A stretch of DNA of 64,000 bases from Prochlorococcus sp. AG-679-M23 (GTDB lineage: Bacteria > Cyanobacteriota > Cyanobacteriia > PCC-6307 > Cyanobiaceae). A program made the position numbers and the translations under genes. This document shows, one piece after another, positions 21,770-32,796 of this stretch. The notes below the pieces were generated by a model. It did not search any database. It had not been told where the DNA came from and worked only from the letters and a program-made list of their open reading frames with translations. Where the stretch lies: positions 131,121 to 195,120 of the forward strand of contig QCUR01000004.1 in assembly GCA_003208875.1 (NCBI GenBank), given 5' to 3'. The number at the start of each line of letters is the position of its first letter. Within the stretch, counting starts at the first letter, position 1.

Positions 21770-22477
21770 TCAAAAAGCGCCTCCTGAAGGCATAAGAGTT
21801 AGGTCTTCAATTAATTGCGATTCTGGTTGTTCAGCAATATATAAAATTGTATTTGAGACATTAGTAGAAGAAAGCATAGATGATCTATCGAAATCTGATT
21901 TTATTGATTCCGTCTCCCAAAGAGGTGTATTAACTGAACCTAAAGTAATTGTGCAGGCTCTTATCAAGTTAGATCTCTCTTCTTCTCTAAGACACTTTGT
22001 AAACATCGCTAAAGCAGATTTTGATACGCAATAAGCACCCCACTGAGGGAAAGCATTATAAGATGCATGACTGCTGACATTAATAATCAAACCTCCATTT
22101 TTTCTCATTTTGGGGACAATTAAACTACATATTTGAAATATACTTGTGAGGTTAATCTGAATTATTTCTTGCCATTGTGTCAAAGACATTTCAACTAAAT
22201 TTCCATTAAAAGCACATCCAGCATTATTTATTAAAACGGAAGGACAGCCATATTTTTTTATTGATTCATTAATTGAATTATCTATTTCATTTGCATTAGA
22301 TAAATTGCACTTTACAAGATTAATTGTTGACCCTGTATCTGATAGTTCATCTCTTAGCATTTCCAACATCTCTAAATCTCTTGCGAGTAAAATTAAGTCC
22401 CAACCAGCATTTGCGAAAGTTACTGCTGTAGCTCTCCCAATACCTTTAGTGGCTCCTGTAATGTATGCTAGTTTCAA
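21770..22477 (-). CDS. Short-chain dehydrogenase/reductase
   Basis: TGATKGIG, NNAG, YCVSK. Confidence 0.92.
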   Translation of the reverse strand: MKLAYITGATKGIGRATAVTFANAGWDLILLARDLEMLEMLRDELSDTGSTINLVKCNLSNANEIDNSINESIKKYGCPSVLINNAGCAFNGNLVEMSLTQWQEIIQINLTSIFQICSLIVPKMRKNGGLIINVSSHASYNAFPQWGAYCVSKSALAMFTKCLREEERSNLIRACTITLGSVNTPLWETESIKSDFDRSSMLSSTNVSNTILYIAEQPESQLIEDLTLMPSGGAF

Positions 22478-22478
22478 T

Positions 22479-23486
22479 TTATTCTGTTATTTGAGGTAAT
22501 TCTTCCTGAATTTCTTCAAAATTATTTGATTCAATAAATTTTCCCAAAACCCTGAATTTTGAATATCTTTGTTCTAAAAGTTCCTCTTTATTCAACCCCA
22601 ATAACTCATTAAGGTGCTTCTCAATGGCACCTTTTAGAGTATTCCCAGCCTCTATAGGAGCCCAGTTATTACCACCTGCTGGTTCTGATAAAACTTCATC
22701 TATTACACCTAATTCAAGGAGATCTTTTCCAGTTATTTTTAACGCAGTCGCAGCTTCAGAAGCTTTTGCAGCATCTCTCCAAAGAATTGAGGCACATGCT
22801 TCTGGACTAGCAACAGTATAAACACTATGTTCAAACATCAATAGCCTATCAGCTACCCCAATTCCGAGAGCCCCACCAGACCCCCCTTCGCCGATAATAG
22901 TAGCAATTATTGGGACTTTAAAACCAAACATTTCTCTTAGGTTTCTAGCGATAGCTTCTCCTTGACCTTGTTCTTCTGCAGAGAGACCAGCATATGCCCC
23001 AGGGGTATCAATAAAAGTAAGAATAGGCAATGAGAATCTATCAGCATGCTGCATTAACCTTAAAGCTTTTCTATAACCTCCTGGCTTTGCCATTCCAAAG
23101 TTTCTAACTACATTTTCCTTCGTATCTCTTCCCTTCTGATGACCTAATAAAAGAACAGGTTGATTATTTACTGAACCTAAACCTCCAATTAAAGCCATAT
23201 CATCTCCTCCATTTCTGTCTCCATGTAACTCAATCCAATCATCACAAAACATTTGAATAAAATCCAAAGTACTTGGTCTTTGTGGATGTCTAGCTACTTG
23301 TATTTTCTGAGCAGGTGTTAGAGATCTAAAAATTTCCTCCCTTCTTCTTGTGGCAAGTGTTTCTAGTTGTAGTAATTGTTGACTAACATCTACCTCTGAA
23401 TCTCTTGCTAATTCTCTTATTTGCTCTATTTGCTTTTCTAGCTCTACTAGAGGTTTTTCAAAATCAAGAAGATAACGTCTTGGCAT
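22479..23486 (-). CDS. accA: Acetyl-CoA carboxylase carboxyltransferase alpha
   Basis: [28 protein letters not shown]. Confidence 0.98.
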   Translation of the reverse strand: MPRRYLLDFEKPLVELEKQIEQIRELARDSEVDVSQQLLQLETLATRRREEIFRSLTPAQKIQVARHPQRPSTLDFIQMFCDDWIELHGDRNGGDDMALIGGLGSVNNQPVLLLGHQKGRDTKENVVRNFGMAKPGGYRKALRLMQHADRFSLPILTFIDTPGAYAGLSAEEQGQGEAIARNLREMFGFKVPIIATIIGEGGSGGALGIGVADRLLMFEHSVYTVASPEACASILWRDAAKASEAATALKITGKDLLELGVIDEVLSEPAGGNNWAPIEAGNTLKGAIEKHLNELLGLNKEELLEQRYSKFRVLGKFIESNNFEEIQEELPQITE

Positions 23487-23489
23487 AAT

Positions 23490-24530
23490 TCAAACTGCTA
23501 GTACTTTTGGATACTTATCTAGGCCAATTGCAGAGAAGCCGTGCTTTACAGAAGCAGCTCCAATAAACTCCATTTTCTCGAGAGATATATTATTTCTTCC
23601 CCAGCTAAAGTTTGTATGACATTTTTCAAATTCTAAAATCATTGCTTCTGCAAAGCATGCAAACATTTCTCTCTGTGGATTTTGCATTTCAGCTAATTCC
23701 ATCATATTCCAACCAATATCATTGAAGAATCTTACTATACCTCCTTTTACAACATGTATATTATTTCCTTGAAATTTTTCATCTAGATTCTTTGGATAAC
23801 CTCCATCAATCATTAAACATGGTTGTTTAAGATTATTAGAATCTATTTCCATGGTCTTTGGCATACTTGCTACCCATACAACAATATCGGCTATAGGCAA
23901 TGCTTCATCTAGATTTTTAATAGTTCCACCATCTAATTCTTTTTGCAAAGAATCCAAAGGTTCCTTTTGCCTAGCTACCAAAAGAAGCTCCCTAATACCT
24001 GTTTTATTAATTAACCATCGACAAACTGCACTACCTATATCTCCAGTAGCACCAACTACAGCAACTGTTGCACTTTTAAGATCAATACCTATTTTAGGAG
24101 CATTCATCTCTAATTGCCTGCAAATAACCCATGCAGTATGAGTATTACCAGTTGTAAACCTTTCCCACTCTAGTGAAGTGTTTCTAATCTGCTTATGTTG
24201 AAGGAGATTAAAATTTTCAAAGATGATAGAAGTGAACCCTCCCAAAGCGGTAATATTAATACCTTTTTTTTGAGCTAATTCCATTGCATTTAATACTTTT
24301 CTTCTTGCCGTTTTAAATCTTGAAAGCATTTCAGGAACGAAACATGAATCAATATAAGAACCTTCAATTGATATACCTGTAGCACTTTTAACCTCTACAT
24401 TTTCAACTAGTTGGGGTGGAGCTGTGCACCAAACATCTAAATCACCATCAGCAATATGATCAAAGCCCAATAATGAAGCCTTTCTTTTTGCATCTTCAAA
24501 ACTAGTTGAATGACCTATAAGCCCAAACAT
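23490..24530 (-). CDS. aar: Acyl-ACP reductase (alkane biosynthesis)
   Basis: MFGLIGH start, [22 protein letters not shown]; next to ado. Confidence 0.95.
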   Translation of the reverse strand: MFGLIGHSTSFEDAKRKASLLGFDHIADGDLDVWCTAPPQLVENVEVKSATGISIEGSYIDSCFVPEMLSRFKTARRKVLNAMELAQKKGINITALGGFTSIIFENFNLLQHKQIRNTSLEWERFTTGNTHTAWVICRQLEMNAPKIGIDLKSATVAVVGATGDIGSAVCRWLINKTGIRELLLVARQKEPLDSLQKELDGGTIKNLDEALPIADIVVWVASMPKTMEIDSNNLKQPCLMIDGGYPKNLDEKFQGNNIHVVKGGIVRFFNDIGWNMMELAEMQNPQREMFACFAEAMILEFEKCHTNFSWGRNNISLEKMEFIGAASVKHGFSAIGLDKYPKVLAV

Positions 24531-24638
24531 TGAATAACTTATTAATGGAATCTTTATATTGATATGAACAATAGCACAGAGCTATTAATAAATAGATAAA
24601 ATTATTTTTTTGAATAGACTAATTAAATTTATAAAAAA

Positions 24639-25355
24639 TTAAACAATAGCAGCCATTGCCATTCTTGCAATTTCTCTATTATCTAAACCTATTTCAAGTA
24701 GCGTATCCTGATAGGCAATCATGAATTCTTCCATTAATTCTTCCCTATCCATAGCTAGTACTGAGGCATCTTCAGCGACTTGATCTAACATTTTCTTAAT
24801 TAGTGGAAGATTAGCCTTATTGGCATCCATTAGCTCTTCTTTGCAAGTCGCTAAATTTTCTTTTAGCCATTCTTGTCCATAATTTAAATGAAGATATTCA
24901 TCTTTAACAACACCTTGGGTAATTTTTTTCGCAAAAGGATCAGCAACTCTTATGTAGACATGGTATGCAGATATAGCAAATGCTTCAATTAAAATTGCCT
25001 GTATCAATAAACAAGTAGTTGTCTTGCCATTCGATAACGCAACTTGAAAATTACCATGTAATTTGGAAAAGAATTCTTTAGCAAAAATCATGTCAGCTTG
25101 AACACCTAGATTTCTTCCGCATGCAGTAAAGCCTCTTTTGTGCTTAAGCTCCATTTTTGCTAGTTTCGTTAATTCTTCTAATTCGTTAGGAATTAATGTT
25201 GCTAATGAAATGTAATTATCATGAGCCTCTTGTTCACCTTCAATAACTATTGCATTTATCCTGCTATAAGCGTCTTTGTAAGAATCAGTAGTAAAGTCAG
25301 GTAAATCAATAGAATTTTCTAGACTAGTTTTTTTATTAGATTCGAGTGTTTGCAT
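24639..25355 (-). CDS. ado: Aldehyde-deformylating oxygenase
   Basis: YKDAYSRINAIVIEGEQEA and two ExxH di-iron motifs. Confidence 0.96.
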   Translation of the reverse strand: MQTLESNKKTSLENSIDLPDFTTDSYKDAYSRINAIVIEGEQEAHDNYISLATLIPNELEELTKLAKMELKHKRGFTACGRNLGVQADMIFAKEFFSKLHGNFQVALSNGKTTTCLLIQAILIEAFAISAYHVYIRVADPFAKKITQGVVKDEYLHLNYGQEWLKENLATCKEELMDANKANLPLIKKMLDQVAEDASVLAMDREELMEEFMIAYQDTLLEIGLDNREIARMAMAAIV

Positions 25356-25477
25356 GTCAGTAATCTTTAGCTCATTATGCCTAAGTTTTACACAATTATA
25401 GTGAGTTTATTTAAATATGATGAAAATAGTTTCAATTGTTAAACGATATTATTGAATAAATAATGATTATTTACATT

Positions 25478-26266
25478 TTAATTTGGCCAATCTGATTTCA
25501 TAAGATTCATAATTAATTTAAACCAGTGATTGATTAATAAGCTCTTTAAACTATTTCCTAGCTCTTTATTTGACCCTTTACTATCCCCTATTACTCCAGA
25601 TTTACTTAAATCTTCTGTAAACCAAGCAGTTGGAGCATTTCCCTCCAAACTCCAACCCTCTGGAATTTGCATTTCAATACCTTCGCAAGGTCTTTCATCT
25701 CCCACAAGTTTAGATTTTAAAGCCATCATCAAACTAGTTTCGGCTAAGGATGCATGTAATCCATTTTCAATTTCATTTTTTGTTAACAGTTCACTTAATC
25801 CATCAACTCCTTTCCATAAAAAGCAAGGGAAGATTGAAAGTTTAGGAGCAACACTTCTTAATTCTCTTGCTGCGGTGTTAAGTAAAGAAATTTGACCTCC
25901 GTGCGCATTTATTAATATCAATCTTTTAAACCCCATATCCGCTAATTGGACTCCAACTTCTTTTATTAATAAAGTTATTAAATTTGAAGAAAGAGATATA
26001 GTCCCATCAAATCCCTTATGTTCTGGAGAAAAACCTATATATTGAGTTGGAAGTTTTTTTATAGGTGTCTCAGACGGAATTAATTTAAAAACTTCGGAAA
26101 TTATCTCATCAACAAAAATACTATCTGTAGCTAAAGGCAAATGAGGGCCATGTTGTTCTACCGCTCCAAATGGCCAGATAATTGTTGATCTTATATCTTT
26201 TGAAATATTTTTTACTTCAGGCCATGATAAATACTCAAATTCGCTAGGTATTGATTTAAAGTTCAT
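25478..26266 (-). CDS. Creatininase family amidohydrolase
   Basis: GAVEQHGPHLPLATD, NAHGGQ, HASLAETS. Confidence 0.92.
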   Translation of the reverse strand: MNFKSIPSEFEYLSWPEVKNISKDIRSTIIWPFGAVEQHGPHLPLATDSIFVDEIISEVFKLIPSETPIKKLPTQYIGFSPEHKGFDGTISLSSNLITLLIKEVGVQLADMGFKRLILINAHGGQISLLNTAARELRSVAPKLSIFPCFLWKGVDGLSELLTKNEIENGLHASLAETSLMMALKSKLVGDERPCEGIEMQIPEGWSLEGNAPTAWFTEDLSKSGVIGDSKGSNKELGNSLKSLLINHWFKLIMNLMKSDWPN

Positions 26267-26329
26267 TATTTTTAATTGTGAGTACTAACATTTAGAATAA
26301 GTTAATATTAAATTACTCTTATTTTACCT

Positions 26330-27547
26330 ATGAAGGGAGTTAGTGATAAAGGTGCCCAAAATAATAAGAAAATTAAGGGCGACAAAAACAATGTTAAGAA
26401 GCCACTTCAGGTTCTTCACCTAAGCAAAAAGGATACTATTAATAAAAAGGAAGAGGTAGTTGATAGTCATCAAAATTCTACAAAAGAAGTCAAAACTGAC
26501 ATCAGTGCTCTAAAGCCTAAAATTATTGAAGTCCCAATAAATGAAGTAAAAGAAAGTTATTCCAATAATATTAACTTTGAAAATATAAGTTACAAGGAGT
26601 TAGAAAAACCTTTTACTTTACAAGATGACGTTGAAGATTTCATCATAGAGAGAAAAGTTGATGAATTTGATTTTGACGAAAGTGCCTTTTTAGAAGCGTT
26701 AAACGAGAATGAGCCAATAGGTGCAACAGGAGAGACAATTAAGGGAAAAGTAATAGCATTAGAAAGTGATGGTTTGTATATAGATATTGGTGGTAAAGCA
26801 CCTGGTTTCATGCCTAAAAAAGAATGTGGATTAGGAGTAATTACAAATTTCAAAGAAAAATTTACCATTGGTTTAGAAATGGAAGTTTTAGTAATAAAAG
26901 AACAGAATGCCGATGGTATGGTCACAGTAAGTGCACGAGCATTAATTCTTAGACAAAGTTGGGAAAAAGTTTCAAGTTCTGCGAAAAATGGAGAATTAAT
27001 ACAAGTTACAATTAATGGTTTTAATAGAGGAGGACTTACTTGCGATGTTGATGGATTAAGAGGATTTATTCCACGTTCACAACTTGAAAATGGTCAAGAT
27101 TATCAATCTTTAGTTAGTAAAAATTTAAAAGTTGCATTTTTAGAAGTAAATCCAGAGACAAGGAAACTTGTTTTATCAGAAAAAAAAGCACTATTAGTTT
27201 CTAAATTTGCAGATCTAAAATTAGGACAATTAATTGAGGGTGAAGTTTTAGCAATAAAACCATATGGCTTCTTTATTGATTTAGGAGGGGCAAGCGGGCT
27301 TCTTCATCAATCCTCCATAACAAATGGATCGATCCGAAGTTTAAGAGAGATTTTCGTGGAGGGTGAGGTTATAAAGGCACTAATAACAGAAATTGACTTG
27401 GAAAGAGGAAGAATTGGTTTAAATACAGCCTTATTAGAAAATACTCCTGGAGAATTAATCATTGACAAAGAAAAAGTTATGATTGAAGCCTCTGAAAGGT
27501 CTATAAAAACTAAGTCACTTTTTGATAAAAAAGATTTAGAAAAATGA
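26330..27547 (+). CDS. 30S ribosomal protein S1 homolog (three S1 domains, long N-terminal extension)
   Basis: DIGGKAPGF, NRGGL...LRGFIPRS, KPYGFFIDLGG..GLLH. Confidence 0.88.
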   Translation: MKGVSDKGAQNNKKIKGDKNNVKKPLQVLHLSKKDTINKKEEVVDSHQNSTKEVKTDISALKPKIIEVPINEVKESYSNNINFENISYKELEKPFTLQDDVEDFIIERKVDEFDFDESAFLEALNENEPIGATGETIKGKVIALESDGLYIDIGGKAPGFMPKKECGLGVITNFKEKFTIGLEMEVLVIKEQNADGMVTVSARALILRQSWEKVSSSAKNGELIQVTINGFNRGGLTCDVDGLRGFIPRSQLENGQDYQSLVSKNLKVAFLEVNPETRKLVLSEKKALLVSKFADLKLGQLIEGEVLAIKPYGFFIDLGGASGLLHQSSITNGSIRSLREIFVEGEVIKALITEIDLERGRIGLNTALLENTPGELIIDKEKVMIEASERSIKTKSLFDKKDLEK

Positions 27548-28449
27548 CCATCAATGAAAAAATAATTTCGAATAAAGAACTTAAAATATCAGATTGGGAG
27601 TTGGACTTTTATTCGAGGCCAATTATCGAAAAAAATGGTAAAAAAAGATGGGAATTAATTATTTCATCTTCAAAAAGCTTTAAAACAGAGAAAATATTTT
27701 TGTGGAATAAAGTATGTCCCGCAAACGAAGTTAATTCAATATGGCTTACAAAAGCTTTAAATGAAGCTCTGAATGACGCAGAAACAGAAGGTTGGGCAAA
27801 GCCATTAAAAATAAGATTTTGGAGAGCATCAATGAAATCAATAATTAAAAAATCTATTGAGAATATAGGGATTGAGGCTCTTGTTAGCAGAAGGACTTAT
27901 GAATTATTTGACAGAATCGAATTCCTCGAACAAGAGATATATCCTTTAGAGAAAGGATATGTAAGAGGAGTATTAGCTCCAACCTTTACATCTAATATTC
28001 TTAATGAGCCTAAACCTTTGCCTGAGGCTGTGAGAGGTGATGCATTAACAATCTCGGAAATATCTATAGAGGAATTAAAATTAGCTAAAAATTGGCCTAT
28101 TGAATTTGGAGATATTTTCCCAATCCAGAGTTCCATAAAAAATGAAAATCTAGTACCTGGCCTTAGACTTTTTAGTAAAGACAGATCACTTGCTCTTGCC
28201 GCTTGGTTTAGTAGTTTAGAGCCGGTCAAACTGCTAATAAAACAGAACCAACTTATACTTGAAGCCTCAGAAGATGATAAATGGTTAGTAACAGATTTAC
28301 AAGAAAAAGATGCCAAGGTATTAAATGATAAATTCACTCAAACAAAAAAAGATTCTTATGGTTATCAGTTTATATCCATACAATCAACTCCATTTATTGA
28401 AAAATTCGCTGGTTTTTGGATTTTAAAAGATATTGAACTAATTTCATAA
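27544..28449 (+). CDS. Tab2/Atab2 family RNA-binding protein
   Basis: WELDFYSRP...GKKRWEL, VNSIWL, PLPEAVRGD. Confidence 0.88.
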   Translation: MTINEKIISNKELKISDWELDFYSRPIIEKNGKKRWELIISSSKSFKTEKIFLWNKVCPANEVNSIWLTKALNEALNDAETEGWAKPLKIRFWRASMKSIIKKSIENIGIEALVSRRTYELFDRIEFLEQEIYPLEKGYVRGVLAPTFTSNILNEPKPLPEAVRGDALTISEISIEELKLAKNWPIEFGDIFPIQSSIKNENLVPGLRLFSKDRSLALAAWFSSLEPVKLLIKQNQLILEASEDDKWLVTDLQEKDAKVLNDKFTQTKKDSYGYQFISIQSTPFIEKFAGFWILKDIELIS

Positions 28450-28459
28450 GGCTAATATA

Positions 28460-29242
28460 ATGTCCTTTAGCGAAAAATATTTTCAAGAAAATGAGTTTGC
28501 GATAAAAGACAAAAAATTAAAATATTATTTATCTCCTACTCTTCTTGAAAATAAATTTAAACATGGTTTTTTTACCAAAACGAGTTCTGAAATCAATCTT
28601 TCACTTTTATCAAATCATCTTAAGTTAAATAAAAAGAATTGCGTTTTAAATCAAATACACAGCAATAAAATAGTTTTCGGATCAAAGACTCCAGAGAAGG
28701 AAAGAGTAGAGGCTGATGGAATAGTTTCTGATAAACAAAATCAAAATTTATGGATATACACCGCAGATTGTATGCCTATTTTATTTGCTGACAAGAAGAA
28801 AAGACTTGTTGCTGCAATACATTGCGGAAGAAAGGGGTTAGAAAACAAAATAATAACAAAACTCATCCAAATTTTTTACGATAAAGGGTGTTCAAAAGAA
28901 GATATGCTTGTCGCAATAGGTCCATCAATATCAAAAAAAAATTATCTAATAGATAATAAAACTCTTCAAAATTTTCATAAAAAAGCTGCTTCTGAAGAAT
29001 CAATTTCATTTTCAGATTCTATGGAGATATCACTAAAATCAAAAGAATCAGTAAAATTACAAAAAAACGATTTAATTCCTTTAAATCTTAAAAAGTATGC
29101 TCATATTGAACTTTTAAAAGAAAATATATCCGATACAAATATTGATATCTCTAACTTATGCACATATGAATCAAATCATAACTTTCATTCTTGGAGAAGA
29201 ACTAAAACATATTTGCGGCAATGGAATTTTATAAGTTCTTAG
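28460..29242 (+). CDS. PgeF/YfiH family protein
   Basis: QIHS, TADCMPI, AIHCG, IGPSI. Confidence 0.88.
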   Translation: MSFSEKYFQENEFAIKDKKLKYYLSPTLLENKFKHGFFTKTSSEINLSLLSNHLKLNKKNCVLNQIHSNKIVFGSKTPEKERVEADGIVSDKQNQNLWIYTADCMPILFADKKKRLVAAIHCGRKGLENKIITKLIQIFYDKGCSKEDMLVAIGPSISKKNYLIDNKTLQNFHKKAASEESISFSDSMEISLKSKESVKLQKNDLIPLNLKKYAHIELLKENISDTNIDISNLCTYESNHNFHSWRRTKTYLRQWNFISS

Positions 29243-29248
29243 CAAATT

Positions 29249-29602
29249 TTAATTTTGACAGGACTCCTTTGATAAATTTTTTGCAATTAATAAATCTGAC
29301 ATTTCTTTAGTTTCATTAATATCAAAAACCTTTGCTATTAATATATTTTCTTTGAAACCAATAGGTTTTATTTTGACTTTACTTCCTCTAGGAAATTCTT
29401 TCTTAAGTAGGTTTAAAGCAATTTTTTCATCATCTTCGTTGTTAATTTCTACACAAAATAATTTGATTGGAAGATCTCTATTTTGATCTCCTACTAAAAT
29501 ACTACTTGAGTTATTTATCTGAAGAATTTCGGCACAATAAGTTCTAATTGGATAGAAAACAAACAGAAAGAAAATGATTAAAAAAGGAGTTATTTTTTTC
29601 AA
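29249..29602 (-). CDS. Secreted hypothetical protein, possibly a degenerate SNase-like OB fold
   Basis: Signal-peptide-like N-terminus; spacing resembles the thermonuclease family. Confidence 0.55.
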   Translation of the reverse strand: MKKITPFLIIFFLFVFYPIRTYCAEILQINNSSSILVGDQNRDLPIKLFCVEINNEDDEKIALNLLKKEFPRGSKVKIKPIGFKENILIAKVFDINETKEMSDLLIAKNLSKESCQN

Positions 29603-29659
29603 TTAAGGTATCTATATTAATTCAGTTAATGATTTTAATTTTGTATATTTATACAAAAA

Positions 29660-31423
29660 TCAGTTTTCACTGTTCACGTAACCTACCATTTGAGCATTAC
29701 TTTTACCTGGAGGAACCATTGGATAGCAATTTTCACCTCTCCTCACTCGTATATTTATTAAGGCTGGCCCATCAAAATCTAAAGCAGATTTAAACTCATT
29801 TAATAATTGTTTCCTCTCTGAAATTAAGAACCCTTTTACGCCAAACGATTCCGCGAGTTTAACGAAATCAGGCTCTCCACAACTCATATCAGAGGAGGAG
29901 TACCTTTCGTCATAAAAGCTTTCTTGCCACTGTCTTACCATCCCCTGCCAGCGATTATTTATGATCACTAATTTAATATTTAAACCATATTGAGATAAAG
30001 TACCCAATTCTTGTATATTCATCAAAACACTTGCATCTCCAGCGATGCAGATAACATCCTCGTTAGGCAGAGCAGCCTTTACTCCCATGGCTGCAGGCAA
30101 TCCAAAGCCCATTGTTCCTAAACCGGCACTACTTATCCATCTTCTCGGAGCATTTCTTAGATACTGAGCAGCCCACATTTGATGTTGACCTACATCAGTT
30201 GTGATGAAGGCTTCAGGAGAAAAATCCCTTACTTTCAAAAGAACTTCTTGAGGGTAAATTTCACCTTCTTCTGGAGGAACAAACAAAGGATGCTTATTTT
30301 TCCAAAAATTAATTTTTTCTAGCCAATTTTTTGTATTGCAGGATGTTTTATTAATAAAAGATTTTTCATTAATTTTGGAAAGAGCTTTAGCTACATCCGA
30401 AACAATAGCAACATCAACACGTCTATTTTTATTAACTTCTGCAGGATCGATATCAATATGAATAACCTTTGCAGATGGGGCGAATGTATCTAATTTCCCC
30501 GTAACCCTATCATCAAATCTCGCACCTACCGCAATCAAAAGATCGCATTCCGTGACTGCAAAGTTTGCATATGCGGTTCCATGCATTCCCAACATTCCAA
30601 CTGATAAGTCATCCCTTTCGTCAAAGACCCCTTTCCCCATTAACGTAGTAGTTACTGGAATTTGATAATTATTAGCTAAGGTTTCCACTTCCTCATGAGC
30701 ACCTGAAGATATTGCTCCACCTCCTACATATAACAATGGTCTTGAGGATTCTTGAATCAATTGAATAGCCTGGTTGATATCAGAGTCGTTAATTTCTCCG
30801 TTTCTTTTAAAGCCCTTAGGAATAATCTCACCAGGTAAAATTCTTTCATAATTAAAGAATTCTTGACCCACATCTTTTGGTATATCAATTAAAACTGGGC
30901 CAGGTCTTCCAGAAGAAGCAATAAAAAACGCCTCTGAAACTACTTTTGCTATATCAGACGGATCTCTTACAACCCATGAATGTTTAACGATAGGGAGTGT
31001 AATTCCAAAAATATCAGTCTCCTGAAAAGCATCCGTTCCTATAGCAGGTCTTGGAACTTGACCAGTAACCACTACCAATGGAACTGAATCCATTTGAGCT
31101 GTTGCAATACCAGTTACTAAATTCGTAGCCCCTGGACCTGAAGTTCCAAAACAAACCCCCACCTCACCAGTTGACCTAGCATATCCATCTGCAGCATGGG
31201 ATCCTCCCTGCTCATGTCTTACCATGTAATGTTTTAACCATCCATCATTTTCTGCTTTATGTACCGCATCATAAATAGGAAGTATGGCGCCGCCTGGATA
31301 TCCAAATATCACTTTTACATCATGAACTTTTAGTGAATCCATTAGTGCTTCAGCACCTGTAATCCATATAGGGTAATTTTTTTCTGAATCATCTTTTGTT
31401 AAAGATGTCGAAGTAAGCGTCAC
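29660..31423 (-). CDS. ilvB: Acetolactate synthase large subunit
   Basis: [31 protein letters not shown] ThDP motif. Confidence 0.97.
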   Translation of the reverse strand: MTLTSTSLTKDDSEKNYPIWITGAEALMDSLKVHDVKVIFGYPGGAILPIYDAVHKAENDGWLKHYMVRHEQGGSHAADGYARSTGEVGVCFGTSGPGATNLVTGIATAQMDSVPLVVVTGQVPRPAIGTDAFQETDIFGITLPIVKHSWVVRDPSDIAKVVSEAFFIASSGRPGPVLIDIPKDVGQEFFNYERILPGEIIPKGFKRNGEINDSDINQAIQLIQESSRPLLYVGGGAISSGAHEEVETLANNYQIPVTTTLMGKGVFDERDDLSVGMLGMHGTAYANFAVTECDLLIAVGARFDDRVTGKLDTFAPSAKVIHIDIDPAEVNKNRRVDVAIVSDVAKALSKINEKSFINKTSCNTKNWLEKINFWKNKHPLFVPPEEGEIYPQEVLLKVRDFSPEAFITTDVGQHQMWAAQYLRNAPRRWISSAGLGTMGFGLPAAMGVKAALPNEDVICIAGDASVLMNIQELGTLSQYGLNIKLVIINNRWQGMVRQWQESFYDERYSSSDMSCGEPDFVKLAESFGVKGFLISERKQLLNEFKSALDFDGPALINIRVRRGENCYPMVPPGKSNAQMVGYVNSEN

Positions 31424-31555
31424 TAAAGAAAATAAATCTATTTAAATAATAAACTTAATTAAAAAATATTGCCCATTTTGGAAATGTAATGTCAAAAATT
31501 ACTTAGAAATTTAATTGCTCTTGATGAAGTTTTAGATATTTTTTAATAATATAAT

Positions 31556-32731
31556 TTATAAAATCCCTAATCTATGAAGAGGCCCAGAACCTGAGATGAG
31601 TTCAATAAAAAGTATAAGAAAAACTATCATAGCAACCCTTCCATTCCAAACTTCTGAACTATTATTCCAACCCCATTGCCATTTTTCCTGAGGGTAAAGT
31701 TTAACTTTCTCAGGCAACTCAGAAGCTTTCTCTATATTAACTATCGGTCCTTCTAGGCAAGAAACAACTAGATCACTTAGACCATCAATAAAGGTAGGAT
31801 GTGTATTTAAGGCTTTTACCCTTCTAAAATTAACAATACCTGCTTTTTCAGCAATTTCTTTGTATTCAATATCAATTTCCTGTAAAGTTTCAATATGTTC
31901 TCCTACGAAACTTATAGGGACAACAATTAAATCATTTACCTTAGCTTTACCAAGGTCTGTCAAAACTTCTTCTGTGTATGGTTTTAACCATTCAACTGGA
32001 CCTACCCTACTTTGATAAGACAGAGTGTAAGAGTTGGAATGACCTAAATATTTTTCAAGTTCATCGATAATTAGTAGTGAACAATCTTCTATTTGTTCTT
32101 TATATGGATCTCCTGCTTCTTCCACATAACTTTTAGGAACTCCATGAGCTGTAAAAAAGATATGTGCATTATCAGGCGATTCACATAGTGAAATTTGTTC
32201 CGATATGAGCTCAACCATAGATTTTAAGTAACCTGATTGACTAAACCAACTTCTTACGCACCTCATTGGTATTTTTTTAAACTCAGAATCAGAGTCTCTT
32301 AATTTTTTTAATTCTCTAAAGCTAGAGCCACTTGTGCTTATAGAAAAGTGCGGGTAAAGAGGTAATACCACGATTTGATCTACCCCATCTGCTTTCATAT
32401 CAGCTATGGCTGATTCTGTGAAAGGATGCCAATATCTCATAGCTATATAAGTTGTGACATTTAAACCTTTATCTCTTAATTTGCTTTGTAATTCTCTAGC
32501 TTGTTGTTCCGTAATTCTTCTAATAGGAGAACCTCCACCTATTGAAAGGTAAGCCTGTTGTGAAGTAGTACTTCTAAGTGTACTTATTAACCATGCTAAA
32601 GGTTTCTGAAATGCTGGGATAGGAAGCCTAATTATTTCAGGATCAGAAAATAAATTATATAAAAATGGGCCTACATCTGTGATCCTTTCAGGGCCTCCAA
32701 GATTCATTAATAAGACGCCAATTTTTTCCAT
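31556..32731 (-). CDS. hemH: Ferrochelatase with C-terminal CAB domain
   Basis: [32 protein letters not shown]; ExxNGRxAM tail. Confidence 0.97.
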   Translation of the reverse strand: MEKIGVLLMNLGGPERITDVGPFLYNLFSDPEIIRLPIPAFQKPLAWLISTLRSTTSQQAYLSIGGGSPIRRITEQQARELQSKLRDKGLNVTTYIAMRYWHPFTESAIADMKADGVDQIVVLPLYPHFSISTSGSSFRELKKLRDSDSEFKKIPMRCVRSWFSQSGYLKSMVELISEQISLCESPDNAHIFFTAHGVPKSYVEEAGDPYKEQIEDCSLLIIDELEKYLGHSNSYTLSYQSRVGPVEWLKPYTEEVLTDLGKAKVNDLIVVPISFVGEHIETLQEIDIEYKEIAEKAGIVNFRRVKALNTHPTFIDGLSDLVVSCLEGPIVNIEKASELPEKVKLYPQEKWQWGWNNSSEVWNGRVAMIVFLILFIELISGSGPLHRLGIL

Positions 32732-32796
32732 TTAATTTTTATGGAGATTGAAAAAAAACAAAGGAAACGTCATCATAAATGTAATTATATAAGTTA

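Noticed and set aside
23490..25355. Alkane biosynthesis genes as a novel system
   Set aside because: ado-aar is a well-described cyanobacterial pathway.
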